From Minisyncoccota bacterium (lineage in GTDB: Bacteria > Patescibacteriota > Microgenomatia > UBA1400 > UBA12028), in NCBI GenBank assembly GCA_016211945.1, contig JACRHV010000003.1, forward strand, positions 5,631 to 69,630: 64,000 nucleotides of DNA. The letters are read 5' to 3'. Below are positions 28,733 to 38,669 of this stretch, one piece after another (position 1 is the first letter of the stretch; every line of letters begins with the position of its first letter). The position numbers and the translations under genes are program-made. The notes beneath the pieces are model-generated. The model had not been told where the DNA came from. It did no database searches and saw only the letters and a list, made by a program, of their open reading frames with translations.

Positions 28733-29769
28733 AAAAATATAAAGTTTTTTGCTATCAGTGTGGAAAAGAATACCAAGATCAATGGTGGTTATGTCCTGCG
28801 TGCGGGGGAAGTTTAGAGGTTGCGTATGCACAAACATTGGATACACCTCAATTCCCCACTAATATATTTATTGAAAGTTTAGGTGAGGGAAATACTCCAC
28901 TTATTCGTCTTTCAATACTTTCAAAAAAATATTTCTGTGACTTATGGGCAAAATGTGAAATGCAAAATCCAACGGGGTCTTTTAAGGATCGTGGATCGGT
29001 TATTGAGATAGCAAAAGCGTTGGAACTTGGTATGTCAGGTATTGTATGTGCTTCGACTGGAAACATGGCAGCTAGTCTTGCTGCCTATGCTACGCGAATT
29101 GGATTACGATGTATTGTCGTTATCCCAGTAAAAACACCAATTTCAAAACTCCAACAAGCAGTTATTTGCGGAGCAGAACTTATAAAAGTTCAGGGAGCGT
29201 ATGATGAATGCGTCAAGGTTGCAAAAAAAATTGCTCAACAAAAAAAATATTTTCTTTGTGGCGACTATCTTCTACGAAGAGAGGGTCAAAAAACACTTGG
29301 ATGGGAGCTCGCAAATTCTTGTTTTGACGCGTTTATTATCCCCGTCGGAAATGGAAATATAGGTCTTGCCGTAGCAAAAGGGATTTCGGAATTTATTAGG
29401 GAAAAAAATCTACCTCAATTTGTTGGTGTTCAATCAACACAAGTCAATCCTCTTGAAAAAGCTTGGGTGACACGCACAGAAATCTTTCCTGTAAAAAATA
29501 GAAATACTATTGCTTCAGCGTGCAATGTGGGAAATCCGCTTGATGGTGCGTTTACACTCGATGTTGTGAAAAAGACACGTGGTTGTTTTGTTGCAGCAAC
29601 AGATAAGGAAATTCTTACTTCACAAGATTTTCTTGCAAAAAATGAGGGTCTCTATGTTGAAGCAACCGCCGCGTCAACTTTGGCTGGATTTATAAAAATA
29701 CGGAAGCAATTTAGAAATAAAAAAGTCGTACTTATTCTGACTGGTTCGGGACTCAAGGAAAGGAAATAA
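28729..29769 (+). CDS. threonine synthase-like PLP-dependent (fold type II) enzyme with N-terminal C4 zinc ribbon
   Basis: 'NPTGSFKDRG' PLP-Lys motif; N-terminal CYQCG...CPACGG; 4-bp overlap with the upstream gene. Confidence 0.7.
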   Translation: MKKYKVFCYQCGKEYQDQWWLCPACGGSLEVAYAQTLDTPQFPTNIFIESLGEGNTPLIRLSILSKKYFCDLWAKCEMQNPTGSFKDRGSVIEIAKALELGMSGIVCASTGNMAASLAAYATRIGLRCIVVIPVKTPISKLQQAVICGAELIKVQGAYDECVKVAKKIAQQKKYFLCGDYLLRREGQKTLGWELANSCFDAFIIPVGNGNIGLAVAKGISEFIREKNLPQFVGVQSTQVNPLEKAWVTRTEIFPVKNRNTIASACNVGNPLDGAFTLDVVKKTRGCFVAATDKEILTSQDFLAKNEGLYVEATAASTLAGFIKIRKQFRNKKVVLILTGSGLKERK

Positions 29770-29774
29770 GACAT

Positions 29775-30155
29775 ATGGAAAGGATTATCGTAGCAAAAGG
29801 GCGTGGAAGTGAGAACTGGCAAAAGGAATTATCGAACGATCCCATAGATCGTATATGGAGATTATTAGCAAGCCTTTGGTGGAAACCAGAAAAACGAGAT
29901 AATTCACCGGAGAATATTGAATTCGTCATTACATCTATTGATGACATTATTCAAGGGTTTTCAGAAAAAACTTTATCAAATAGAAGTGAAATGTCTATTG
30001 CAGAAGCATTGCGAAACGGTTCAAAAGTTGACATCTGTTTTGAGTTTTGTAAAACAGGAGAGAGGTGTGGGAATGTATTTATTAGTACAGGATATGAAAC
30101 TCTTTGCTTAAAATGTTCGGGTGAACGGAGTAATAATAAATGGACATCAGAATGA
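29775..30155 (+). CDS. hypothetical protein with C-terminal Cys-rich segment
   Basis: CFEFCKTGERCGN...CLKCSGE. Confidence 0.4.
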   Translation: MERIIVAKGRGSENWQKELSNDPIDRIWRLLASLWWKPEKRDNSPENIEFVITSIDDIIQGFSEKTLSNRSEMSIAEALRNGSKVDICFEFCKTGERCGNVFISTGYETLCLKCSGERSNNKWTSE

Positions 30156-30343
30156 AAGACATATTCTTATCAGACAGTGAACGAGGAATCGACCGAACAA
30201 AAATAGCGGCAAATGATTGTGGTCGTTTACAAAACGCGCCCATTCGTGGAAAGATTCCTCGTTGGTGGCTAGAAGAAGGTACTACAGAACAAATAAAGGA
30301 ATGGAAAAGACAACTTGAAGCTGGTGAAGCAACTCTAGAGTAA
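30140..30343 (+). CDS. small hypothetical protein (67 aa)
   Basis: ORF track; overlaps the previous gene by 16 nt. Confidence 0.3.
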   Translation: MDIRMKDIFLSDSERGIDRTKIAANDCGRLQNAPIRGKIPRWWLEEGTTEQIKEWKRQLEAGEATLE

Positions 30344-30380
30344 TAGGAAAAAATTCGATACAATAGCCAAAGGAGATTTT

Positions 30381-31589
30381 ATGTCCAACACCATACCACA
30401 AACACTCAAAGGCTTCCGTGATTTCCTGCCAGAACAAGCAAGAAAACGGCAGTGGCTTCGTGACAAAATTATTGAGGTATTTGAGCTTTGGGGATTCGAC
30501 CCACTTGAAACTCCCACGCTCGAACCGCTGGAGCTTTTTGCTGGTCAAATTGGCGAGGATGAAAAACTCTTTTTCAAGTTCAAGGATTCTGGTGACCGTG
30601 ACGTCGCGTTGCGATATGATCAGACCGTCCCCACCTGCCGAGTGGTTGCGCAGTACTATCAACAACTCACGATGCCGTTCAAGCGGTATCAAATTCAACC
30701 CGCTTTCCGCGCGGAAAAACCGCAAAAAGGTCGGTACCGCGAGTTTGTGCAGTGCGACGCCGATATCTTTGGTGTGGACTCCCCTCTCGCTGACGCGGAG
30801 GTTATCGCACTTGGTTTGGATATCTATCGTCGTCTTGGATTTCCAAAGGCAAAGGTCCTAATCAATGACCGACAACTCCTCAAAGACCTTCCGTACGAGG
30901 CAATTGTCGCAATCGATAAGCTCAAAAAAATCGGCAAAGACGGCGTGATTGAGGAAATGAAAGCAAAAGGAATCGAGGAAAAGACGGCACGCGGCTATCT
31001 CGACACCGTGCTTACGTTGAAGCCAAATGAAACTATTCAAATCATCTTGAATTACCTCAAAAACCAAGGATTCGAGTCTGATTGGTACGAGTTTGATCCC
31101 ACCATTGCGCGCTCATTTTCATACTCATCAGGTCCAATTTGGGAAATTGAGATCCCGGGATTAACTGGTTCGGTTTTGGGAGGTGAACGATTCGATAATC
31201 TTGTAGAAAAAATCGCTGGTTTTCGCGTTGCGGGAACGGGATTTGGACTCGGATTTGATCGTACCTTAGAGGCTGCGGAAGCGTTCAATCTCATTCCCCT
31301 TTCTGCGACAAGCGCACAAGTGTTAGTGACAATTTATTCTCCAGAATATGTGAGTGAAAGCGTAGAAACCACCTTATTTTTGAGGAAAAACGGCGTGCGG
31401 ACTGAGATATATCCAGATGACACGGAAAAACTTGCGAAACAACTGAAGTATGCGAGTAAAAAAGAAATTCCATATGTCATTATTCTCGGTTCTGACGAAA
31501 AAGCACAAAATGTGGTTCAACTCAAAAATATGAAGACTAGCGAACAGAAAAAAATGACAATTGAACAGGTAGTAAAGTTATTTGTGTAA
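30381..31589 (+). CDS. hisS: histidine--tRNA ligase
   Basis: 'LKGFRDFLPE', class II motifs, C-terminal anticodon-binding domain. Confidence 0.9.
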   Translation: MSNTIPQTLKGFRDFLPEQARKRQWLRDKIIEVFELWGFDPLETPTLEPLELFAGQIGEDEKLFFKFKDSGDRDVALRYDQTVPTCRVVAQYYQQLTMPFKRYQIQPAFRAEKPQKGRYREFVQCDADIFGVDSPLADAEVIALGLDIYRRLGFPKAKVLINDRQLLKDLPYEAIVAIDKLKKIGKDGVIEEMKAKGIEEKTARGYLDTVLTLKPNETIQIILNYLKNQGFESDWYEFDPTIARSFSYSSGPIWEIEIPGLTGSVLGGERFDNLVEKIAGFRVAGTGFGLGFDRTLEAAEAFNLIPLSATSAQVLVTIYSPEYVSESVETTLFLRKNGVRTEIYPDDTEKLAKQLKYASKKEIPYVIILGSDEKAQNVVQLKNMKTSEQKKMTIEQVVKLFV

Positions 31590-31685
31590 CTTTTTTGTCA
31601 ACATTTTTTTCAAGATTCACGTGTACGCTTATTTTCCTCAGATCCCCTTCCTTTCCTCAATTCTTTTCCGTACACTATACCCACA

Positions 31686-32648
31686 ATGAATCGTCTGCCC
31701 GCAAAAACAGTTATTTTTGGAGTAACGGCCGCACTCATTAATGTATTGTGTTGGGGCGCCGCACCCGCAATTATTAAATTTGGTCTTGAAACTGTATCGC
31801 CGACCGTTTTCCTCTACTATCGATTCGTTCTTGTTATTGCACTCACAACTCCTTTTATGTATGCGTTTCGCAAACACATTGCTTCGTCGGTAAAAACTCC
31901 TCAGCATCTTGTTACATTGCTTTTAATCGGCATCCTCACAAACCCATTAAATCTTGGCATTCTTTTTCTCGGTCTTCATTACACAACGTCTGCGTCTGCG
32001 GCTATACTCGCGAGCGTCTCCCCTCTTTTTATCATGGCAGCCAGTGCACTTTTTTTAAAAGAGCGTATTACAAAGTTCGAGCTGCTTGGTGCTGCAATTG
32101 CAACACTAGGAACCTGCATTATCATCCTTGATACGCCAACACAATCAGGAGCAGCGAACCCTCTCCTTGGCAATCTCCTTATCTTTACCTACAACATCGT
32201 CTGGACCGCAGGAGCGCTGTTGATGAAAAAATACGCAACAACATATCATCCGTTCTTATTTGGATACACGGGATGGTTTACCGGCATGATTCTCTTCGGC
32301 CTCATCGTCATGATCACTGAACCATATTTTTTCTTCCGCCCACTCATGCTTACACAACTTCCACAGGCTTTCTTCTCCATTCTCTACATGGCTGTTTTCG
32401 GCTCTATTATCGGATTTACCTCATATCAAGTTGCACAGAAACATCTTTCTGCTTCGAAGGTAAGTATTTTTACCTACCTTCAACCCATCGTTGTTCTTCC
32501 CCTCTCTGTCTTTTGGTTAAAGGAAAAATTTGGTGTTCAGTTCATTCTTGGGGCGATGATCTTGGCTATCGGCGTATGCATTGCTGAGATGCATCAGCGA
32601 TCGAGATTGCGGACACTTCATCATAAACCACACAAAAAGGCGGCATAA
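31686..32648 (+). CDS. DMT-superfamily (EamA-like) transporter
   Basis: 10 TM helices, duplicated EamA halves. Confidence 0.6.
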   Translation: MNRLPAKTVIFGVTAALINVLCWGAAPAIIKFGLETVSPTVFLYYRFVLVIALTTPFMYAFRKHIASSVKTPQHLVTLLLIGILTNPLNLGILFLGLHYTTSASAAILASVSPLFIMAASALFLKERITKFELLGAAIATLGTCIIILDTPTQSGAANPLLGNLLIFTYNIVWTAGALLMKKYATTYHPFLFGYTGWFTGMILFGLIVMITEPYFFFRPLMLTQLPQAFFSILYMAVFGSIIGFTSYQVAQKHLSASKVSIFTYLQPIVVLPLSVFWLKEKFGVQFILGAMILAIGVCIAEMHQRSRLRTLHHKPHKKAA

Positions 32649-32672
32649 GTAACGCCGCCCTTCTGTTTTAAA
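32636..32672. terminator. bidirectional rho-independent terminator between convergent genes
   Basis: GGCGGC-ATAAGTAAC-GCCGCC flanked by A5 on one side and CTTCTGTTTT on the other; the stop of the + strand gene lies in the loop. Confidence 0.6.
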
Positions 32673-32682
32673 CTTCTTGGTA

Positions 32683-33099
32683 TTATTTCGCCGATTTCAC
32701 CGAAATTTTCTTCGGCTGTGTTTTTGGTGATTTCACAAATGTGATATGCATCACGCCATTCTTGATCTCAGCCTCCGGCTCCACACTTAGATCTATCTCT
32801 CCAGGGACAGCAACTTGGTATGAAAATGAACTCGATGCTCTCCTGAAGTACTTTTTCCCTTCTTTTTCTTCCTTCACGCCTTCCGCAACGATCCTCAATA
32901 CGCCCTTTTCAAACAAAACGTCAATGTCCTTAGAATAGACTCCTGGAACCGCCGCCTCAACATAAACGTGTTTGTCATCCTCAGCAAGTGATAATCCATT
33001 GGGAACATTGCCCACCAAACCAAAGGCGTCATCATCAAAAAACGAGGACAAACCAAGGCCAGGAAGAGACATAAGAGATCGCGGAATAAAATATGACAT
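32683..33099 (-). CDS. Hsp20/alpha-crystallin family small heat-shock protein
   Basis: alpha-crystallin domain (VYVEAAVPGVYSKDIDVLFEKGVLRI...GVMHITFVK). Confidence 0.85.
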   Translation of the reverse strand: MSYFIPRSLMSLPGLGLSSFFDDDAFGLVGNVPNGLSLAEDDKHVYVEAAVPGVYSKDIDVLFEKGVLRIVAEGVKEEKEGKKYFRRASSSFSYQVAVPGEIDLSVEPEAEIKNGVMHITFVKSPKTQPKKISVKSAK

Positions 33100-33148
33100 A
33101 GCACCTCCTTTATATCTACTAATGTTTTACCATGACGCGTTCACGGTA

Positions 33149-33175
33149 TTGGCACTACATTATCACGAGTGCCAA
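33149..33175. promoter_or_regulatory. CIRCE-like inverted repeat (HrcA operator-like) upstream of hsp20
   Basis: TTGGCACTA-N9-GAGTGCCAA versus CIRCE consensus TTAGCACTC-N9-GAGTGCTAA; 50-77 bp upstream of the hsp20 start. Confidence 0.55.
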
Positions 33176-33206
33176 ATCAATGTCAAGCAGTCAGTTAAGG
33201 AGAGTG

Positions 33207-33518
33207 CTAAGATTGTGCTATTGTATAGCCGTGGGAGTTGAGGACAGATATTATATCCAGAATATCCACCGCTCCGCCCAACTCGCCATATCTTTGATCC
33301 TGTGGATCATCCATATTTACAAATTCGATAGTATGATCGTATGTGTTTTCATGTTTATATGGCTTGATTGCGTCATCTAGCTTTATTGCGGTTATCCTAA
33401 ATTTTTTTCCATCTTTTACCACAATTCTACCAACCAAAGCATTCGCTCTTCCTTCTCCCTCTTTTAGGGGTCCAATCACTAGTTCCCCCCCCAGTCGTTC
33501 TCCTTTTTTCCTACTCAT
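33207..33518 (-). CDS. hypothetical protein (about 104 aa)
   Basis: start taken at Met 33518 (GGAGG RBS) within the longer ORF. Confidence 0.35.
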   Translation of the reverse strand: MSRKKGERLGGELVIGPLKEGEGRANALVGRIVVKDGKKFRITAIKLDDAIKPYKHENTYDHTIEFVNMDDPQDQRYGELGGAVDILDIISVLNSHGYTIAQS

Positions 33519-33600
33519 ACAACCTCCATCCGGACAGATATACAGTACGTATTGAACTACCATTTGCCAAATTATATCACCTACGATACAATGGCCCCCT

Positions 33601-33915
33601 ATGAAATCCAATGTTCATCCCAAGTGGAACCATGCAACGACTGTTACCTGCGGATGTGGAAACACCTTCCAAACAGGTTCCGTAAAGGACTCCATTCAAG
33701 TAGATGTCTGCTCAGTTTGTCACCCGTTTTACACTGGGGAAAATCGATTCGTTGATACTCAAGGTCGAGTTGACCGTTTTATCACCAAGCGCGCTGCCGC
33801 ACAGCAAAACAGCCAAAAGTCAAAGAAAAAGGCCGATGACAAGAAAAAACAAGACTCTCTTTCTTTCCGAGATATGCTCGAGGCAGAAAAGAAAAAACTT
33901 CCCGTCTCCAACTAG
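33601..33915 (+). CDS. rpmE: 50S ribosomal protein L31
   Basis: 'VHPKW...VTCGCGN...VDVCSVCHPFYTG' L31 zinc-ribbon signature. Confidence 0.85.
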   Translation: MKSNVHPKWNHATTVTCGCGNTFQTGSVKDSIQVDVCSVCHPFYTGENRFVDTQGRVDRFITKRAAAQQNSQKSKKKADDKKKQDSLSFRDMLEAEKKKLPVSN

Positions 33916-33921
33916 AATACT

Positions 33922-34881
33922 TTGCGAAGACACGCCTTCCTGGACTACAATACGGATATGAATCCATTTCAGCAACAACTTGATGAAATCCAACAAAAAA
34001 TCGAAGAATACACTCGACTTCTTCAGGACCCAGAGTTATGTATTTTGGCACAAGAAGAACTTCGTAATCTTGAGGATCAGAGAAAAACACTCGAGGACGC
34101 TTTCCGGGCTATGCAGACTGCAAAGGACCGGAATACACAAAACAACCTCTCTTTCTCCAACTGCACCATTGAAATCCGCCCAGGAACCGGTGGTGACGAA
34201 GCGAAAATTTGGTGCATTGATTTGATCCGCATGTACTCACGATATGCTGCCACACGGGGATGGAAAATCGAGGAACTTGACGAAGGCGTCGTTAAGTTTA
34301 TCGCAAAAGATGCTTATGAAACACTTAAGTATGAGGGTGGAGTACATCGCGTTCAGCGCGTCCCCGCCACCGAGGCCCAGGGTCGTATCCACACCTCCAC
34401 CGCGTCCGTCGCGGTCCTACCGGAAATTCCGCAGGCTGTCGTCGATATTAAAGAAGACGATTTGGAATGGCAGTTCACACGCGCTGGTGGTCATGGTGGT
34501 CAGAACGTCAACAAAGTAGCAAGTGCAGTGCGCCTCACCCATCGGCCAACCGGCATTGTAGTCGAGTCCCGTCGTGAGCGTTACCAAGCGCGTAACCGCG
34601 AACTTGCGCTAGAAATTTTACGCGCAAAACTTTGGGAAATCGAGGAAGCGAAACGCGAACAATCTCTTGAAGGATCGCGTTCGGTAATTGGTCGCGCGAT
34701 GCGCGCAGAGAAAATCCGCACCTACAACTACCCACAGAACCGCGTCACTGATCATCGTATCCACAAATCGTGGTACGCATTAGAAACCAATATGGAAGGC
34801 GGACTGCAAGATGTGTTTGACGCAATGAAAGACGAGAAAAATTGGAGTGAACCAGACCACCTGAGTGAAGATGAGGATTGA
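33922..34881 (+). CDS. prfA: peptide chain release factor 1
   Basis: '[17 protein letters not shown]' (PxT motif) and 'GGQNVNKV' (GGQ). Confidence 0.85.
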   Translation: MRRHAFLDYNTDMNPFQQQLDEIQQKIEEYTRLLQDPELCILAQEELRNLEDQRKTLEDAFRAMQTAKDRNTQNNLSFSNCTIEIRPGTGGDEAKIWCIDLIRMYSRYAATRGWKIEELDEGVVKFIAKDAYETLKYEGGVHRVQRVPATEAQGRIHTSTASVAVLPEIPQAVVDIKEDDLEWQFTRAGGHGGQNVNKVASAVRLTHRPTGIVVESRRERYQARNRELALEILRAKLWEIEEAKREQSLEGSRSVIGRAMRAEKIRTYNYPQNRVTDHRIHKSWYALETNMEGGLQDVFDAMKDEKNWSEPDHLSEDED

Positions 34882-34967
34882 CCTATTTCGCATTCAATTT
34901 GGCGAGTTCGTTAGCAAACGTTTCCTGATGTTCCGATGCCACTCGAAAAACCATGAGAGAAAAATTT

Positions 34968-36131
34968 CTATTCCTTTACCTCTTTTAACTTCACTTGAAT
35001 AATCTTTGTTTCCTTCTCTCTCCACACCTCAATAGCCACGGTGTCACCAATCTTCTTTTGCGCGACTAAACTCGCGAGTCCCCCCTTGAACTCCTTCAGC
35101 ATCTTCCCATCAAACTTTGTAATCATATCTCCCACCTGAACCCCTGCATCTTCCGCGGAACTTCCAGGAACAACATCGACAACATATGCCCCTTCCGGCA
35201 CATCGTTTAAAAGTGCCGTTTCTCGAGGAATCATTCGATATCGGACACCAAAAAAAGGACGGTTGAACTGCCCCGTGCTGTTAAAGGTTGTTAATGTCTC
35301 CTTCAACACATTAATCGGGATGGCAAAACCAATACTTTGCGCCATCTGGGCGGTCGCGACATTTACCCCAATGACTTCACCGGCGTTGTTGATAAGGGGG
35401 CCTCCGGAGTTTCCTGGGTTAATTGCGGCATCGGTTTGAATAACATTATCGAGGCGTTCCGCAAAACCGGACATACCATCACCCGCATCAATACCCCTCC
35501 CCAATCCAGAAATTACCCCCGTTGTGACGGTTTGTCGGAACTGTCCCAATGCCGTACCAATTGCAACCACCGACTGTCCAACTTTTAAGTTTGTTGAGTC
35601 GCCAAGTTTGAGTGGTTCGAGAGGTGCATCTACCTTGAGAATAGCCAAGTCATTGGATGGGTCTCTGTATATCTTCTGCACGTCGTACTCTTTATCGTCT
35701 TTTGTAATAACCTTGTACTTGACATTGCCATCTCCGACAACGTGTTTGTTTGTTGCAATAAGACCATCTTTATCAACGACAAAACCGGTTCCGATGTCTC
35801 GTTTTGTCGTTTGCTGACGTGGTAAATTTGGACTTGAACCTCCAAAATACCCAAAAGGATCGAGGAAAAACATATCACCCCCAACTTCCTGCTTCACCAC
35901 TGAAATTGTCACAACAGAGCCAGCAGCCTTCTCAACAATACGTGTAACATCCGATTCAACACCTTTGTTTCCATCAAACGGTTGCGAAAAAGAGGTTTGT
36001 TCATTTCTTGGAAAAAATCGATCCAATGGTCGAATAATAAAGAGACGATCAGCTATCGCGCCACCAAGCGCAGAGGCACTGATCACCACAAAAACCCCAA
36101 GAAAAAGCATGATAGAAATAACTTTTTTCAT
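34968..36131 (-). CDS. htrA: HtrA/DegP-family serine protease with PDZ domain
   Basis: 'GNSGGPLIN' catalytic Ser motif, N-terminal TM, C-terminal PDZ. Confidence 0.85.
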   Translation of the reverse strand: MKKVISIMLFLGVFVVISASALGGAIADRLFIIRPLDRFFPRNEQTSFSQPFDGNKGVESDVTRIVEKAAGSVVTISVVKQEVGGDMFFLDPFGYFGGSSPNLPRQQTTKRDIGTGFVVDKDGLIATNKHVVGDGNVKYKVITKDDKEYDVQKIYRDPSNDLAILKVDAPLEPLKLGDSTNLKVGQSVVAIGTALGQFRQTVTTGVISGLGRGIDAGDGMSGFAERLDNVIQTDAAINPGNSGGPLINNAGEVIGVNVATAQMAQSIGFAIPINVLKETLTTFNSTGQFNRPFFGVRYRMIPRETALLNDVPEGAYVVDVVPGSSAEDAGVQVGDMITKFDGKMLKEFKGGLASLVAQKKIGDTVAIEVWREKETKIIQVKLKEVKE

Positions 36132-36142
36132 GTTTCCTCCTT

Positions 36143-37387
36143 TTACAACATCTCGGCAGCTTTTTGGACCGCCTCGTCTATATCTGGAGTATTTTGATCA
36201 TCAACGATTTCAACATCCGGAGAAAGGCCTTTTTCATGGATCCAACTCCCAGATGGCAGTAGCCATTTTGCGATGGTAATATGCAGACCCGCTCCATCCG
36301 GAAGATCGTTTTGCGCGTCTTGAACGGTTCCTTTGCCAAACGTGTTTTCACCTACTAACTTTGCTCCACGACGATCTCGAAGTGCCCCTGCAACAATTTC
36401 TGATGCCGACGCACTTCCTTTATTTGCCAATACCACAACTGGTACTTCTGTCAGTCTCCCCCTGCGCGACACGGTATATGTTTGTTTTTCTACTCGGCCT
36501 TGCTGTGTGACTATTGGACCATTTGGAATGAATTCACTTGCAATATCGATAGCCCCCTGAAGGTAACCTCCCGGATTGTTACGAACGTCAACAATGGCAC
36601 CGGAAACTTTTTTCTTTTGCGTGAGAATGTCGTCTACTATTTTTTTCCATTCATTATCGGTTCGCTCACCAAACCGAGAAAGAATGATGTGCGCGATGTG
36701 TTTTCCATTCTTCTCAACATATTTGAGCTCGACAGATGGAACGATAATGGTGTCCCGCATGAGCTCTTTTTCCTCTGGTTTCCCGCCTTCACGCAAAAAC
36801 GTAAGTTTGACATAGGTTCCCTTGGGGCCACGAATAAGATTTACTGCCTCCGGTAGCGAAATGCCCGTTGTTTCTTTATCGACATTCTTTTTCTCATCTT
36901 TGATGCGCAATATAAAATCACCAGCCTGAACCCCCGCTTTCTCAGCGGAATGCCCTTTGAGCGGGGCAATAACCGCTAACGTTTGGTTCTTATACCCCAA
37001 CTGAATTCCAACCCCATCAAATGCCCCCTGTAAATCCTCTACGCTGCGCTTATGCTCTTCAGGAGGTAAATACATGGTGTATGGATCTCCCAGCGCACTC
37101 GTCATTCCTTGTATGGCTCCGTACACCATCTTTTTTGCATCGAGTTTTTCTGGATCAACGTAGAATGATTCGAGTCTGTTCCACACCTCCCAAAATTGTG
37201 AAAAATCAACCGATGACTCTGATGATGGAACCTTTGTGTTTACCAATCGTTGCGATTGAGGGATCGCGGATACAACACGCGACAACACCGGAATCGTTTG
37301 ACCACTACCAAAACGATATCCTACAACACCACCTAAAAGAATAAGCAAGATACCGACAACAAAAGACTGTACTGTCTGCAGCTTCAT
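36143..37387 (-). CDS. ctpA: carboxyl-terminal processing protease (S41 family)
   Basis: 'NKGSASASEIVAGAL' S41 active-site region, PDZ segment. Confidence 0.8.
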   Translation of the reverse strand: MKLQTVQSFVVGILLILLGGVVGYRFGSGQTIPVLSRVVSAIPQSQRLVNTKVPSSESSVDFSQFWEVWNRLESFYVDPEKLDAKKMVYGAIQGMTSALGDPYTMYLPPEEHKRSVEDLQGAFDGVGIQLGYKNQTLAVIAPLKGHSAEKAGVQAGDFILRIKDEKKNVDKETTGISLPEAVNLIRGPKGTYVKLTFLREGGKPEEKELMRDTIIVPSVELKYVEKNGKHIAHIILSRFGERTDNEWKKIVDDILTQKKKVSGAIVDVRNNPGGYLQGAIDIASEFIPNGPIVTQQGRVEKQTYTVSRRGRLTEVPVVVLANKGSASASEIVAGALRDRRGAKLVGENTFGKGTVQDAQNDLPDGAGLHITIAKWLLPSGSWIHEKGLSPDVEIVDDQNTPDIDEAVQKAAEML

Positions 37388-37408
37388 ATGCCGTAAGTGT
37401 ACTACAGG

Positions 37409-37636
37409 TTAGAGTGTCGTGACAAACGGGAGTAGTCCGATGTGACGCGCGCGCTTAATCTGCTTTGCGAGCTCGCGATGCTGCTTTGCGGAAAGCCCAC
37501 TCCGCTCTCTGCTCAAGATGTCTCCGCGTTCCGTCATGAACCGCTTCAGTGTTTCAGCATCTTTATAATCGAAGACAAACTTATCTCCTTTATTCGCGAC
37601 CGGTCGCATCTGGAATGTCATTCTTTGTCGTATCAT
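37409..37636 (-). CDS. rpsR: 30S ribosomal protein S18
   Basis: '[50 protein letters not shown]'. Confidence 0.85.
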   Translation of the reverse strand: MIRQRMTFQMRPVANKGDKFVFDYKDAETLKRFMTERGDILSRERSGLSAKQHRELAKQIKRARHIGLLPFVTTL

Positions 37637-37658
37637 ATGTGTTACCTTTCACTATGTA

Positions 37659-38192
37659 TTAAAATGGGATGTCGTCACTAATATCTTCAGCAACAACAGG
37701 TTCCACTGAAGGAACTGATTCATCATCACCCTTCTTTGTTTTTTTCGATTTTGATTTTGATACAGGTTGTTGTGCTGGTGCTTGCGTTGCTCCAGAATCA
37801 TCTGTTGGATATGCATATCCTCCAGCATCGCTCTCTCCACTTACAGTTCTTCCTGCAGAATCGAGGAGAATCATGTTCTCCATCACAATCTCTGTGGTTT
37901 GGCGCTTTTGACCGTCTTGTGTTGTCCATTCGCGTGTTTGCAAACGACCTTCCGCAAAAATCTTGCGGCCTTTTTTCAAAAGTTGGCCACAAATCTCGGC
38001 AAGTTTGGACCAGGCAACCAAACGGTGAAACTCAGTTTCCTCATTTCGTTCTCCGCCATCCTGCGTTGTCCAACTGCGGTTTGTCGCCAAACCAATGGTA
38101 CAGACCGCGGTTCCTTGCGGGGTGTATCGCAACTCCGGATCTCTAGTGAGATTTCCAATGAGTAATACTTTATTTAATGAACGACTAGACAT
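37659..38192 (-). CDS. ssb: single-stranded DNA-binding protein
   Basis: OB-fold N-terminus 'LNKVLLIGNLTRDPELRYTPQG', acidic tail ending DDIPF. Confidence 0.85.
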   Translation of the reverse strand: MSSRSLNKVLLIGNLTRDPELRYTPQGTAVCTIGLATNRSWTTQDGGERNEETEFHRLVAWSKLAEICGQLLKKGRKIFAEGRLQTREWTTQDGQKRQTTEIVMENMILLDSAGRTVSGESDAGGYAYPTDDSGATQAPAQQPVSKSKSKKTKKGDDESVPSVEPVVAEDISDDIPF

Positions 38193-38203
38193 ATGGTTCT
38201 CCT

Positions 38204-38497
38204 TTAATCCTGTTCCGTAACGATACACATATGGCGGATTACCCCAGGTGTATGTTTCACAAGCTGCTCCAGTTCTTGTGCTTTTGAGGCGTCGAGCGAG
38301 ATGTAGTATATGACAAATACCGCATCCTCATGTTTCTTGATCTTGTAGGCCAAGAATTTTCGGCCAAGTTCGTCTTTTTTTGAAATTGTCCCACCTGCTG
38401 TGGTGATATAGCCGGACACTGCGTCCTGAGCTTTTTTTAATTCTTCGGAGGTTAACTCCGGAGAGAAAAGCACCGAAAATTCGTATGCTCTCTTCAT
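38204..38497 (-). CDS. rpsF: 30S ribosomal protein S6
   Basis: 'YEFSVLFSPELT...' typical S6; rpsF-ssb-rpsR order. Confidence 0.85.
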   Translation of the reverse strand: MKRAYEFSVLFSPELTSEELKKAQDAVSGYITTAGGTISKKDELGRKFLAYKIKKHEDAVFVIYYISLDASKAQELEQLVKHTPGVIRHMCIVTEQD

Positions 38498-38669
38498 ATA
38501 TTCCTTTCTAGCTCATAGGTATTGGGTCACATCGCACGCGATGGATGAGCTACGTGTCGGTATTGTACCAGACACATCCATCACGGGCAAGAAACAGAAC
38601 ACTCTCATCATAGCGCGAGATTCTTACAATAACCTTACAAAAGGTTAACTGCTTTTTCTTGAGGAAATC

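Noticed and set aside
33149-33175. Sigma-54 promoter (TGGCAC...TTGC) reading of the TTGGCACT repeat upstream of hsp20
   Set aside because: There is no TTGC element at the required 4-5 bp spacing. The perfect 9-N9-9 dyad fits CIRCE far better.
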